In this document: positions 25,691 to 39,134 of the stretch, piece after piece
Layout of the letters: each line of letters opens with the position of its first letter
How positions within the stretch are numbered: the first letter of the stretch is position 1
Source: Lama glama
Lineage: Eukaryota
Length of the DNA stretch: 64,000 nt
Direction: 5' to 3'
Assembly: GCA_028534125.1 (NCBI GenBank)
Contig: CM052817.1
Span: forward strand, 19,780,001 to 19,844,000
Notes under the pieces: generated by a model
Databases searched by the model: none
Told to the model about the DNA's origin: nothing
The model's input: the letters and a program-made list of their open reading frames with translations, nothing else
Translations under genes and position numbers: made by a program

Positions 25691-26190
25691 NNNNNNNNNN
25701 NNNNNNNNNNNNNNNNNNNNNNNNNNNNNNNNNNNNNNNNNNNNNNNNNNNNNNNNNNNNNNNNNNNNNNNNNNNNNNNNNNNNNNNNNNNNNNNNNNNN
25801 NNNNNNNNNNNNNNNNNNNNNNNNNNNNNNNNNNNNNNNNNNNNNNNNNNNNNNNNNNNNNNNNNNNNNNNNNNNNNNNNNNNNNNNNNNNNNNNNNNNN
25901 NNNNNNNNNNNNNNNNNNNNNNNNNNNNNNNNNNNNNNNNNNNNNNNNNNNNNNNNNNNNNNNNNNNNNNNNNNNNNNNNNNNNNNNNNNNNNNNNNNNN
26001 NNNNNNNNNNNNNNNNNNNNNNNNNNNNNNNNNNNNNNNNNNNNNNNNNNNNNNNNNNNNNNNNNNNNNNNNNNNNNNNNNNNNNNNNNNNNNNNNNNNN
26101 NNNNNNNNNNNNNNNNNNNNNNNNNNNNNNNNNNNNNNNNNNNNNNNNNNNNNNNNNNNNNNNNNNNNNNNNNNNNNNNNNNNNNNNNNN
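25691..26190. other. Assembly gap (500 N)
   Basis: N run. Confidence 1.
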
Positions 26191-27136
26191 CTTACAGATG
26201 GGGAAATACCTAAAAATGACAAATGATTAAATAATTTAAATCAAATTGTCTTAAATTAATTTTAACTTCAAGATATAAATTACATCCCAGGATAAAGAAA
26301 GAATGTTGACCTTGGAGTCAGTAACAATCATTAAAATTAGGCGTCAAAAAGAGAAATTTAAAAATACTTGAATTTGAAGTATATGATAAAGGGATTCAAG
26401 ATTACCCTGAAGAATATGATAAATACGCTGGATGATAATTCTGACCACAATTTTAAAACAATAGTTTTTAAGCATCTACAAAATAGCATGATAATGATTA
26501 GTAGTAATATTGTTTTAAATAAAATATTAAAATTAAAAGGGATCTTTAAATTTTTGTATTAATTTCTGCTCAACCTTATCTAGTTTATAACCATGTCTGT
26601 CTAAAAATAACAACAATTATATATAAACACTTTGGACATTAAAGATAACTAATAAATTAATTTGGACTTGCATATGTTATGTAAACTGAGCATGAGTGGA
26701 TATTTTGATAATATTAAATCTTTCCTTCTTAATAATTTTTAGAAGTCTATTTGGCTTAGTTTTGTTCAAGATATCGTGTATATGATTACTGCAAATTGGT
26801 TTAACATGACTATTAATTCAATTAATTTATTTTCCAGCTTGTTTTTTGTGTCTCTCCTTTCATTTTGACAGTTAGGCACCAAAATACAGGAAATATTTTG
26901 GTGGCTAATGCATGATGTTGTTGAAAAAATATTGAGAAAAATTCTTGATTAAAATTCCAAAATAAAAAAATATTAAATTAATTTTATTTTTAAGATGTTT
27001 TACTGAGGTCAAATGAACATATAAAATGTTTGATCTCTTTCAAATTGTATCAAAACTGTTACAAAGACAAATCTCTGTTCTATGATCAGAATTCTAGTCA
27101 AGTATAGTGACTGGCTATTTCTTAATGCTATGGGGG

Positions 27137-27328
27137 TAGGATCAGCCAAACTACACCTGTGGGTTAAATCCAGTCTGCCATCTGTTTTTAAAAACAATTT
27201 TAATTAAAAACAGCCATATAATTCGTTTAGATATATTTTATGCTGTTTTGTGCTATAAAAGCAGAATTGAGTAATTGAGACAGACAACTTATGACTGATC
27301 CTGTGCAGAAAATATTTGCTGAGACTTG
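27137..27328 (+). mobile_element. MER58A-like hAT-Charlie DNA transposon
   Basis: AAACTACACCTGTGGGTTAAATCCAGTCTGCCATCTGTTTTT..GCAGAATTGAGTAATTGAGACAGA. Confidence 0.75.
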
Positions 27329-28149
27329 CTTTATGGGAACCTTATAGTTTTTATTTACTTGGTAAATAGTGTACTTGTTCAACAGTGTATGACTACATGA
27401 ATCAGTATATTTAAAAGTAAACCCAAATAAGGAATTTTAAATTCAATCTCTGAAATTTAAAAATAACAACAAATGGCTACTATTCTTTGAAACATAATTC
27501 ATATTTTTTATTTTTTTCACTTTTTTATAATTATATTGCCAACCTTAGTAGTCTTTGCTAAAATTTCTTTAATTTACTATCAGTTATAAAACACTGATAC
27601 AATCTTTAGTAGAACTGTATCTCATCCTCATTGTGTGATTAAAGAATAAATGCCTTCAAAAGCAAAAATTTTAAAAGCCAAATACAGTTGACTATACATT
27701 TTCTACTTTCTTTCAACTTATATAATATATGTGAACATCTTACCAATATACAACTATTTCTATATGGCAATGTGACTATGGGAATAGAGTTAGACAACAT
27801 TTATGACAGATATTGTATTATTGTCTTTGCATTAATTAATTTAGCCATCTTTAACAGACTACTTTAAGAATCTCAGTAAAGCAGCATAATGAAAAACGAT
27901 CTGAAAATAGATCAATGTGCATAGAACTATTTGAAATTTTACATATTATACAAATTTACATGTCAATTTACCAGTTGTAACTATTAAGTAATGTGTTTTG
28001 TGTGTTTGTATGGATGTGTGTGAAGATATGGGTGTGTTCTAAGTAACAACCTACAATTTATAGATATCAATTCTAAATTGTGAAAGATGCATCTAACTTT
28101 TAATTCCAATAATAAAGGGAAAACTCTGTCAAATATGAGCCAGATTTTT

Positions 28150-28395
28150 AAATTCCTTTAATCAAAACTCTCTTCCAGTTCCCATATAATTCAGGTAAAC
28201 ATCAAGGTGACAAAATTACTCCTTTAATCTCATCTTTTATTAATCTCCCAATTTTTTATTCTGTTTCAATCACATTCTTTCATAAATTCATTTTAAATCT
28301 TTTGTACTGATTAACCTTCTATGCCTTGAGTACTCTTCCTAAGATATCTACATGGCTCACTTCCTCATTTGTTCACATGTTTGATTAAAAAAAAA
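28150..28395 (+). mobile_element. L2 fragment
   Basis: TCAAAACTCTCTTCCAGTTCCCAT..ACTCTTCCTAAGATATCTACATGGCTCACTTCCTCA. Confidence 0.45.
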
Positions 28396-28409
28396 TCAAT
28401 ATTTCTCTT

Positions 28410-28765
28410 GGTGAAGCTTTGCTGGTAAGTGATTCCCTAAGTCTGTATTTATCTAAATGCACTCCTATTTTGACTTCACTTTTCAATACTATTTTCTGTG
28501 GATGTAAAATTGTAGTTTGACAGATATTTTCCTTCCATCGTTAAACCATTTTACTCTATTGTTTTCTGACTTTCATCATTTCCATTGATAAGCCAGGTAT
28601 TAATTTTTGATTCTCCTTGGTAATAACGTGCCTTTTAAGATTTTTCCCTCTGTTCTTGTTTTTCAGCATAATGATGTGCCTAAGTGAAGTTGCCCTACTT
28701 GGCATTCACAGTACTTCTTGAATTTAAGGATTCAGTGTTTGAACCTGTTTCAACAATTGTGAGCA
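28410..28765 (-). mobile_element. Ancient L1M ORF1-region fragment
   Basis: ATTTTCTGTGGATGTAAAATTGTAGTTTGACAG..TCTATTGTTTTCTGACTTTCATCATTTC. Confidence 0.6.
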
Positions 28766-28899
28766 ATAGTCCAGGGAAGGGTGAAGCTGTGACCAGTTAG
28801 GAACTAGGAGATGAGTGCAATGGCTGGTGATGGAAATCTAGATGGGGTACCAATTGTGTTTATTCCAAGCTTGTTACCATGTTGTTTGATGTAAGAATC

Positions 28900-29111
28900 A
28901 GAAGCTATGCCACATGGGTCAAATAGAGCTTACAACCTATTTTGAAAGTAATATTTTATTGGATTGCAGTCACACCCATTTGTTTAGATATCATCTAGGG
29001 CTATTTTCACACTAAAATAAGAAAGTTGAGGACTTAATACAAAGACCATATGATTTACAAAATCTAAATATATATTGTCTAGCCCTCTACAGAAAAAGTT
29101 TGCAAAGCTCT
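28900..29111 (+). mobile_element. MER58A-like hAT-Charlie DNA transposon
   Basis: CAGTCACACCCATTTGTTTA..AAAATCTAAATATATATTGTCTAGCCCTCTACAGAAAAAGTTTGC. Confidence 0.75.
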
Positions 29112-29345
29112 AGTATAGAGAAATAATATGGTCTTTGGAGTCAGGCTAACTTGTAAAAAAAAAAAGTCTAGTTCTAACATATACTAAAACCTTTCACATT
29201 TCATTTACCTTTTCTGAACCTTGCTTGATCTTCATATACAGTGGTAATAGTATTTACCTAATAGAATTATTATGAAAAATAAAGAAGAGAATGCATGTGA
29301 AAAGCCAGACATGACAGTGTGGTGCATAATGTGCACTCAGACTAT
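29112..29345 (+). mobile_element. MIR SINE
   Basis: CTTTGGAGTCAGGC..TTTACCTTTTCTGAACCTTG..AATGCATGTGAAAAG..GTGGTGCATAATGTGCACTCA. Confidence 0.6.
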
Positions 29346-30406
29346 GTAATTCAATCAATTTAATGTTCATTTGTATTTGTTCACGATAGACAAGTTCAAG
29401 GCACAGATATCTCAAGTCTGGAATATTGTAATAACTAACTGGATATCTGTCTACCTTTTCCATTTTCTTTTCTCTTCAATCTAATCTTTATATGACTGTA
29501 TTTAATAGCGATATGCGTTTTCATGTTACTGCATAATATGAACAGACATTCTCTCCTGATACAAGATTTTTTTCTTTTCCTTTGCTTCATTCAACACAGT
29601 GACTTTGCCCATTTTAGAATGAAAGGGACTTTCTCTAGTGCAGAATAAGTCCATGATGAATAGCCAAATGTGTTATATGAAGACTTAATACTTCTGGTAA
29701 TTCAAAAAGGGGAAATTGAGTTTTTGTTGTTGTTATTAATGACTCAGGGCACTAAAATGTCCTGTTTGCGATGGGTCATTAAAGAGCTTTTTGACTGAGC
29801 ATAAAGGGCTTTTGTGATAAATGTATATAATGGACAAAATAGATATTCAGGGGACAATTTAAGAAGAAATGAACCGCCCAAATATTAGGAGATCTCAGCC
29901 TGGGATATCATCCAGTAAAGCTGGCAAGAGAGGTAACCACTGCTTGAACCTTGCTGGCTCAAGATCCAATCTACTTGATCTCCTTGTCCTCAGCTACATG
30001 GAAAATTAAACTTGCCTGGATTCTAACAAAGTGGCACTAAATGCCTATTCTTCTCATGAGTGGAAAATTAATTTGTTTTCTGTTAAAGTGCTCTTCCCAG
30101 CCATATGCACAATGGAAGTGATGCCCAACCTACATCATATTTTTCACAGTGTTACCTTTGGGGTACTTCATAAAGATTCCTCCCAACAACAGTTTCCTGC
30201 AGGAAAACTTGAGGACCCTTGGTTACTGTGAAGGAGAATCTTGATTTAAATATAGTGAAAGCCATGAGCTAGGGCATTATGGAGGGGCATTGCTATTCAT
30301 GTTGTTTTGCAGGCTACTTTATGCGAAGTTTCATGTTTTGCATTAAGCTTCTTTATCAATTTTTTTGGGGGGTGAGGATTAGTATACCTCAACGCATTGT
30401 ATAAGA

Positions 30407-30580
30407 CATTGGTTCTCAACTGTAACATGTATCAAAAGTCGTCTGAAGAGTTCGTAAAAACCCAGAACAATGGACCCTGACCACAGAGTTTCTGGTTTAG
30501 TAGAACTAGGGTGGATTCTGATATTTTTAAGTCTAAAATTCCCTAGGTGAATCTGGTGCTGGTGATGACACAATTGGGGA
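30407..30580. mobile_element. MER5A-like hAT-Charlie DNA transposon
   Basis: CATTGGTTCTCAAC..CCACAGAGTTTCTGGTTTAGTAG..TTCCCTAGGTGAATCTGGTGCTG. Confidence 0.7.
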
Positions 30581-30829
30581 GGTATTGATATAACAGAGAA
30601 AACACAGAAAGGATGGTTTTATTATGCAATATTCTGTGGGAAAATACTTGAATTTTCCATTCTGGTGCACAATCTTTGCTGCAATAGCCTCAGCTATTGT
30701 ACCTAGTTCAAATATCCATTTAGTATCTTTTGCAGACATTATTAAAATTTAAAGTGGATTCATCATATTTTATCAAGTCCTCACAATCAAGTTAAAATAT
30801 ACAATTTACCTGTTAAACTTAAAAATTTA

Positions 30830-30920
30830 GATATATGTACATGTGTATGTATATATGTGTGTGTATGTGTTTATATGTATATATATCATATATATAATAT
30901 TGTATGTACATATATGTTTA
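30830..30920. repeat. TA/TG low-complexity tract
   Basis: Degenerate (TA)n/(TG)n. Confidence 0.8.
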
Positions 30921-32139
30921 TCAAAAAATATCAAATCTAAACTTAGTGCCATTTATTCCATTGTAACTCACTCAGATATGATTTAAGCTGTGTCTCTAAG
31001 CTGATCTGTCTTCATTTTCTCACCTGGTTCTGGATAATTCATTGACTCCATGCATTTTTGTTTGCCACATAATTAAATTAGGAATAGCTACTTCAAAAAC
31101 ATGATGGTCTGTTTATCCTTCTTCCTGCCTCATTCCCTTCTTATTTTTATAAACCATTTTTATTAGATTGAAGAAAAATTCCCTCTTTTTACAATCATTG
31201 CTTTTTCATCTTTCAACCATGAGTTTTGTTTTCATAGTGCTAATTATTCTTCATTTTCATTAACACAGATATTAACTATGCTAACATTTTCAATTTGTAC
31301 TCTTCAAAATGACAGCTGCAGAGTGTTGTTGCATCTTTTTTTTTAAATATTTTTTTCTGGTCTGAATTAAGGTACAAGGTATTGATCTTTGTAGTGCTGG
31401 ACCAGTGGAAGGGGTTTACAGCTCCTGGATTTTTGGTGGAAAGAGAACTCTTTCAGGTTTTATGCAAATTGAAAAAAATCTTTACTCCTAGTTACAAATA
31501 ATTGATATTTTTTGTTTTAAGATGAGCAACCATCCCGCACACTGTAGTCTCCTATGATTAATTATGTTAATATCACAATGCAGGGCACAAATTAGACACT
31601 TATTTGTTGACTAATTCTTCAAGTCATAATCAACTTGAATTATGTTACTAGTTTTATCAAATGACTGTTATAAAGTTAAAGAAAAAGGCCTAAACAGAGA
31701 AGAACATGCTGAAGAATTCACTGTGACATGTGGCTTATATAACAGAAATGAAAAGACATCAGTGCATGGATAATAAGTTCTTTGGAAAGAATTTTGTTTT
31801 CTCCAGCTTTTTTGAATTTTTAAAGTTCAATAAATAGATTAGCTTTTTAATAGCTCCACTCAAAATAATTTATTTGCTGATGAATATCATACATGAAAAA
31901 AATTCCATTTTTCCTTAATCTTTTCTTTGTTATATTAAACAACTAAAACAAATTTTTGTTAGTTTGTAGACAATCAAGCCTTATATTTTCCTTTTTAAGG
32001 AAAATTTATTCTTTCAGAAGAAAATGCTCATTTGGTTATATATGAAGTTAGTAATAGATCTTCAACTTCTGTTGATTTGGACTAGTTATTTGTTGGGAAT
32101 GGAAAATTTTTAAAAATTGTTTTCAATAAAGTACAGTAT

Positions 32140-33189
32140 GTAAAAGATGAGACTGCAAGGGCTTGATTTCGAGAATATATAAACAGATCATAAGACTTAA
32201 TAAGAAAAAAACAAGCAACCCAATCCAAAAATGGGCAGAAGACCTAAACAAGCAATTCTCCAATGAAGACATATGAATGGCCAATAGGCACATGAAAAAT
32301 GCTAAATACCACTAATTATCAGAGAAATGCAAATCAAAACTGCAATGAGTTATCACCTCACATCAGTCAGTATGGTCATTATTCAAAAGTACACAAATGA
32401 TAAATGCTGAAGAGGGTGTGGAGAAAGAGGAACCCTCTTATATTGTTGGTGGGAATGCAGCCATTGTGGAAAAGAGTATGGAGATTCCACAAAAGACTAA
32501 ATATAGACTTACCATATGACCCAGCAATCCCACTCCTGGGCGTATATCAAGAGGGAATCTTAATTCAAAAATACACCTGCACCCCAATGTTCATAGCAGC
32601 ATTATTTACAATAGCAAAGACATGGAAACAACCTAAATGTCCATCAACAGATGACTGGATAAAGAAGATGTGGTATATTTATACAATGAAATACTACTCA
32701 GCCATAAAAAATGATAAAATATTACCATTTACTGCAACATGGATATCCCTGGAGCCATAAAAAATGATAAAATATTGCCATTTACTGCAACATGGATGTC
32801 TAAGTGAAGTAAGCCAGAAAGAGAAAGAAAAATACCATTTGATATCATTCATATGTAGAATCTAAAAAGAAAAAGACAAATGAACTTATATATAAAGCAG
32901 AAACAGACTCATAGACATAGAACACAAACTTATGGTTACCAGGGAGAAAAGGGGTGACAAGGGGTAAATTGGGAGTTTGAGATTTGCAGATACTGACTGG
33001 ATTATATAAAATAGATAAAGAAATTTATACTGTATAGCACAGGGAAATATATTCAATAACTTGTAGTAACTTATGGTGAAAAAGAATATAAAAATGAATA
33101 TATGTATATTCATGTATGACTGAAGCATTGTGCTGTACACCAGAAATTGACACAAAATTATAAACTGCCATATCCCAATTAAAAAAAAA
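32140..33189 (+). mobile_element. 5'-truncated younger L1 (ORF2 C-terminus, 3'UTR, polyA)
   Basis: ORF 32404-32760 contains LPYDPAIPLLG..TCTPMFIAALFTIAKTWKQPKCPSTDDWIKKMWYIYTM; polyA at 33181; degenerate TSD AAAGTACAGTAT/AATGTACAGCAT. Confidence 0.95.
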
Positions 33190-33856
33190 TGTACAGCATC
33201 TTCTTTATCATGTGTTCTCAGAATTGGACTTCTCTAGGAACAAAACAAATGATGAGCTTAAAATTAATAGCAAGCCAAGCTGTCCATAGACATGAGATGT
33301 CTGGACACACAATTTTATGATTAAAATTTCTAACATCCAGAGTTATAATTATAAACAAGCTCTACTTCACGGTTCTCATGTCATTGGAATAATTATTGTT
33401 TAACCACTACCCTCTTTATAAAATAGAAAATAAATGATTTCAAACAAAACTCATCATTCAATTTGTGATTAATTGATATAATTAGAGTAGATTTTGTCAT
33501 TTTATCTTTCTGAACTGATAATAATATGAAAAATGTGTAGCTACTTTGCATTCTCTTTCTTGAAATATTTGCCAAACTGGTTTATAGACTGGAGAAAGCA
33601 TGTTCTCTGGTTTTAAGATTATTTATAGAAGTTGTTCAGTTTTTCATATATATGCTAGGGAGATTTCTATATAAATTTTGATGTTTTTATTGTGGTATTT
33701 TTCAAAGATTTATGGTAGATTTAGATCTGTATATGATTTGTCTCAATAAATAATGGTTGTTGAAGACACACATTCTACTTGTCTTCTACAATTCCTAACA
33801 CAGTAATTTCACAATATTATGATTATTTGAGATAAATTTTAGGAATTAATCTAAAG

Positions 33857-34090
33857 CAGTGGTTCTAAAATGGATTAATTTTGCTCTTAGAGTAAGTTTA
33901 GCAATGTCTACAGGAATTTTTGGTTGTTACAAATGGTGTGGCAGGAGGGGGTGTGGGGGGGTTGCTATTGCCACCTAATGAATAGAGAAGCCAGGGATGC
34001 TGCTACACATCCTATAATGTACAGGACATTTCCCCATAATAAACAATGATCTATTTAGAAATGCCAATAATGCTGATGTTGTTAAGACTG
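33857..34090. mobile_element. MER20 hAT-Charlie DNA transposon
   Basis: CAGTGGTTCT..GCAATGTCT..GCCAGGGATGCTGCTA..CATCCTATAATGTACAGGACA..CTG; 8-bp TSD ATCTAAAG/ATCAAAGG. Confidence 0.85.
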
Positions 34091-35609
34091 ATCAAAGGTG
34101 TCTCACTCAATGCAGTCTATAAACATAATAAAGTTCGAAATACTATTTGAAACTATTCTTTCTGTATGTTCTTGCATTCCCATCAACTTACGAAGAACTA
34201 GTCAGTCATTCTGTTTACTTTATCCTCTTCTAGTTTCCCTGACAATTTCAATACATGTAACCACCCTGCAACTTTGCTGTAAAGGCAAGTTGAAGAATGG
34301 TAACACGGTCCCATTTTTTGGAATGGGTATTTACTTTCTGTGGATAGGTATTACATAATTTTGCTGTCCACTACTGCTGTTTTAACTTTTTATTTATGTT
34401 CCTTTCTGTGTGATTACATGGTGTGTGAGATTTTTTAATTTTCTAGGATAGATAGTTTAATAAAATTAGATGAAATGTCAAGTTGCTGCTCATCTCTTTT
34501 CCTATAACCCAATTTATAAATGAGGATGTAATTTCTTGGCAAAATCAAGGTTAGTCATAAATCAGATGCAAAAATTTGAGTTGCTTCTCTTCTAGCTTTT
34601 CTTTGCGTGAACTGAAAAAAAGACAGCAAAAATAAGCTGAAAATTCAAAATTACACAGGTATAGAATTAACAGGAAAATATGCCCCTTTTTCATGAAGAG
34701 AGAGAAAGAGCAACCAGTCATTCTGGTCCTTTATGTGTGTCTGCGTGTCTCATCAGTTTAAATGACTCCCCAAAAGAAACCAAACAGGAGATCTCAGTAG
34801 CAATCAGCCAAGGAAGAGTTTCTAATTTGAGAGTTTGTAATTGGGACATAGAATGACCAAGTAATATTAACTTAATATTACTGAATGAGGTCTATATTTT
34901 GCCATGTGTATGGGAACTGAGAAAGTGGCCAAGAAGAAAAGACTGAAGAAGGCAAAAAAGACAAATAGAAATAAGAGGTAGTGAAAGAGCCCATGGCACC
35001 TTCCAGGGCTCCTGTGGTTCTCTGAAGCCAGGCAAGCATACTTGCTTTGTTTTCAATGGAACCCTTGAAATTTTTATGAAAGTGTTACTTTCCGCATTTA
35101 ACCTAGACCATGTTATTTTGTGTTACTTTCTAACAGAATAATTCTAATAAAATCTATGTTAATGATAATGTTTAATGAATACTAACTCTATGTCAAGCGA
35201 CATTTTAATATTTTTTCAAGATTTTTCTCATTTATTGCTCTTCAAACTTATGTGATAAAAAAGTCTTTTCAATGTTATCAGTGAGTTAAATACTTGTATT
35301 TAACCCTATCATTAAGAAAGGAAATGAAATATACCTCTAAAGCTTGATACTTTATACTGACTTAAATTTTTGCATAGACCAGAGATAGAGAAATGTCAGT
35401 GCTCAAAGTTGGAATATTCAAAAGCTATTCAAGAGGTTTGCATGAAATGCAAAACTCATGAGAACTTTATCAGCAGGTTTTTAATTTGCTTTAAAAAGTT
35501 ACTTTATAGTATTATGTATTTACATTTGTCAGAGTTTAATTCATGTGATTTCTTACACAAGCATTTCCTTAGCTCCTCCTCTATGCTCACACATCCATCC
35601 CCCAACACT

Positions 35610-35755
35610 AAAAACATATATTATGTATAATGTAATATATAATATAAATATTATATCTGTAATAAATATTCATTATAATATTATAATGAATGAATATAAT
35701 ATCAAAATTGTATAATGTATATTACATATGCAATATGTGTACATATATATGATAA
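35610..35755. repeat. AT-rich low-complexity tract
   Basis: ATA/TAT degenerate repeats. Confidence 0.7.
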
Positions 35756-36531
35756 AAATTGGGGCTTAGAAGGTATTTCAAAATTAAAACAAAGGGAATT
35801 GCTGTCAGCAAAGCACAACATTTTTTCTTTCCTGACTTTTTTTTAGTGAACATTTTATGATTCAAATAATTATTTAGAAGAAATTATTCATAGCCAAAGC
35901 ACACAGCAAAATTTTAAGTGAATTCTGTTCCCTACAAATGCAAAATAATGCCTCATGTATGTTTCAGCTTACATTGGAAAGACCAAAATAAATTGTTTTT
36001 AAACAAAGATTCAAACTAATGCTATTGTATAATTTTAATACGTTTTAAATATAAATAAAAATTAATGCTATAATAACCTAGTAGCTGAGGTACACAAGAG
36101 ATTCAGGATTTAGACAGATGACAAAATCTTCATCAAATACATACCGAGCATCTACTCTGAGATAGGGCTGTGTTTGGGTTGAAGCTGTAAAGAAAAATCT
36201 TGGTCTTCATAAGGCTTATAGTGTGTCCTCTGGTCAAGAAATAGTTAAGGCAATAGAGATTACAAACCTAGGAAGGGAGACTGGGTATAGTGAGTCAGTA
36301 AATCCGTGTGAGAAGCTAGCATCCAGGAATCAAATTGTAGGAATTAATCCCCTGACTTTTTACAGATGGTTGTGGAAAATTTCTTTGAATTACTAGCTAT
36401 TCTGAGGCTCACAGAGTTGATTGGGACTAGCTGACTCAAAGGATGGGTGAGTTATTAGACAAACTGGCTGTACTAAGCTGTATAAATCAGGAACAATTAC
36501 TTTGAGTCTAGATCTTTTTAAGTTTAATTGT

Positions 36532-37031
36532 TATGATGTTTAATTTACTGTGTCAGCCTGGCTAGGCTATGGTTGTTTGGTCAAACAGTAGTCTGGATGC
36601 TGCTCTGAAGTTAATTTTTCAGATGGAATTAACATTTCAATCTATGAACTTTAAGTAAATCAGATTACCCTCCATGATGTAGGTGGGCCTCACCCAATCA
36701 GTCAAATGCCTTAAGAATAAAGACAGGTTTCCTAAAGAAGAAGAAATTTTCCTCAAGACTTCCAAATGGGAACCAGGCTTGTTTCCAGATTGCTGCCCTG
36801 GGGAACTTGTACTCGGGAATGCACCGTTCACAATTACCTGGATGTCCAGCCTATCCACTTTCCCTATGTACTTCAGGCCTACCAGCCCCCACAATTGCTG
36901 AGTCAATACCTTAAAATAAATTCCTCTCTCCCACTCTCTCCCTCTCTCTCTCTCCATATATACACAATTTATCTCCATAGGTTTTGTGTCTATTATAGGT
37001 CCTATTTCTCTGGAGAACCCTGATTAATGCA
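36532..37031 (+). mobile_element. MLT2 (ERVL) solo LTR
   Basis: TATGATGTTTAATTTACTGTGTCAGCCTGGCTAGGC start, GGTGGGCCTCACCCAATCAGT, end TTTCTCTGGAGAACCCTGATTAATGCA. Confidence 0.88.
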
Positions 37032-37677
37032 ATTACATACTTTGTTGTATCCGTGTACGTTCATGATGAAAATAGTTGTTTCAGTGTCCCCATTTTCCCT
37101 TCCCTATGCCTTCCAGCAAGGTGAGGTGTGATGTGACCCTTCCTTGTGCCTTTGGCAATGGACCTTTCACTATTCTTCTCCTCCCCCTGGGTATTGATTA
37201 AGCTGATTCTCTGGCACACAATTTTGTGCCTATAAAACTGTATCCCCAGTTGCTTTCAAAATACTTTTTTGATAACTTACAGAACCACTTTTTAAGAGTT
37301 GGCTCAGCTAGCCTTGTGTAGGCTTCTGGTCCTATCCCCAGTGGCTACCCTCCAGCAAATGCTGCTATCATTTTTATAACAAAAAACTTTTGTGAGTCGC
37401 AAGAGCTCAACAAAAGCTCCTTCAACTCAATAATTTTAAAAAACATAAAACCATTTGATCTAAAAAATACCGAGCATTTAAGCTTGCCCCTCCAAAACTG
37501 AGGAACAAACAGCTTGTGCCCTTTGTTGCGTTAAAAGTCTTTGTGTTTTCAGTATGACAGTAGCACTAGATTGGCAGAGGAGAAAGAGAAAGACAGAGAG
37601 ACAGAAAGAAATGGTCTTTAAGTTGTAATATCATTTATCTATTTTCCAGTGGAAATCCTGTTGTCAGCTTGTCCTTT

Positions 37678-38155
37678 TAATTGTATGTTTACTGAGAAAA
37701 GTAAAGGATTTATAATTAAGAGGTATTCAAAATTCTACCTTTTCTCTATTGCTGAATTTTTACAATAAGTAAAAAAAATGCTCAAAGCATTCACATGTTG
37801 ACAGATATTGATACTTGTGTGGCATGTCTCTTGATATTTGGGCAATGTGCTAAACAATTTGCATAATAATAATAAGTAAGTAGCAACTGGCTCCAGGATG
37901 TGGTTTATTTTCTCAATTCAAGGTGGTTCCTTCTGGATTTGAGTCTGAAATTCTAAAAAAGTATAATTTTACATGAAATATCATTGCTCAAACTTATCTT
38001 CACTCTTTGTTGACAGTTAGAAAATGGAATACAAAAATATGCTGCTGGGTTGACAGTTGTCAGCAATTATTAAGTTTCTGTTCAGAGAAATAATTATATG
38101 TTTACTAAGAAGAGAAAAGGATTTATAATTAAGAGGTACTCAAAATTCTACCTTT
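37678..38155 (+). repeat. Spaced 65-bp direct repeat (37678-37742 and 38091-38155)
   Basis: 60/65 identical, offset 413 bp. Confidence 0.9.
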
Positions 38156-39134
38156 AATATTATTTCTAAAACTACAAAAAATAAAATCTTGTAGTGTTTT
38201 ATAGCAGAATCATTTCACAATTAGATAATTTTGCTCCAAATTTCCTTTCTCATCTCACTATGCCCATATGTATCCAATAGATAGATCCCATCTTTACACC
38301 ACATTGAACTTATCACTATCCAATGATTATAACATCCTGATTATCTCTCCTCCAGAAAGCCTTTAGTGCTCTCCTGTAACTAATATATTTTAACAATGAG
38401 TTTTCTGATGTGTAGGTTTACCTCACACTCTTACATGAAACCTATTCTCTCACCTTTGCTGTTGCAATAGAATATACATCTATGGTAAGATCTCCCACTT
38501 CATATGAGGGTTTTGTTCAAAGCATCTCCCTCTGATGAACTGTGATCTCCTTGAGGAAAGAGAACAAATCTCACTCCTCATTATTTATGTCTGACATAGT
38601 ATATACCTATCTTACTCATACTACCCTGATATATTGAATTATCTTATAAAAATATATGAAGAAAGTATATAAAGTAAAATATCAGTGTTAAAAGCATTAA
38701 GCAAGAAAGTCTACACATACTAGTTTTCTACATTTTAAAGTTTTGTGCATTTTCTTTCTAATGATAGTTTCACTGATGTTCTTGTCTAAACATGTATGTT
38801 TAGTTCCATCGCAAAAATTCCAAAGTACTTTTTGCTATCTGGATATGTAAAGTACAGTAATTTAAACAGGAAATCAGCTTAAAATTTTACACAGTCTACA
38901 GAAGAAGTGATTAATCTAAGTTTACCAGAGAAACTCCTATGAAACTTTAACAACAAAAAAATACATTTCCTGAGTGCTACTCCTGGATAGTTTGATTCAT
39001 TGGAGACATATATCAAAGAAAGGTTCAAATGTGAGAAAAAACTACAACTGTGAATTTAAAAGTAAGAACATTTTTAAAAAGAAGACACAAGTGGAATGAT
39101 AGGCCACTGATGGGTCAGGTGGCAGCACTGAGCA

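Noticed and set aside
32404..32760. 118-aa ORF as a host gene
   Set aside because: It is the C-terminus of a 5'-truncated L1 ORF2
12928..38155. Direct repeats as CRISPR-like arrays
   Set aside because: Each has only two copies with no repeat-spacer periodicity; mammalian DNA with no cas genes
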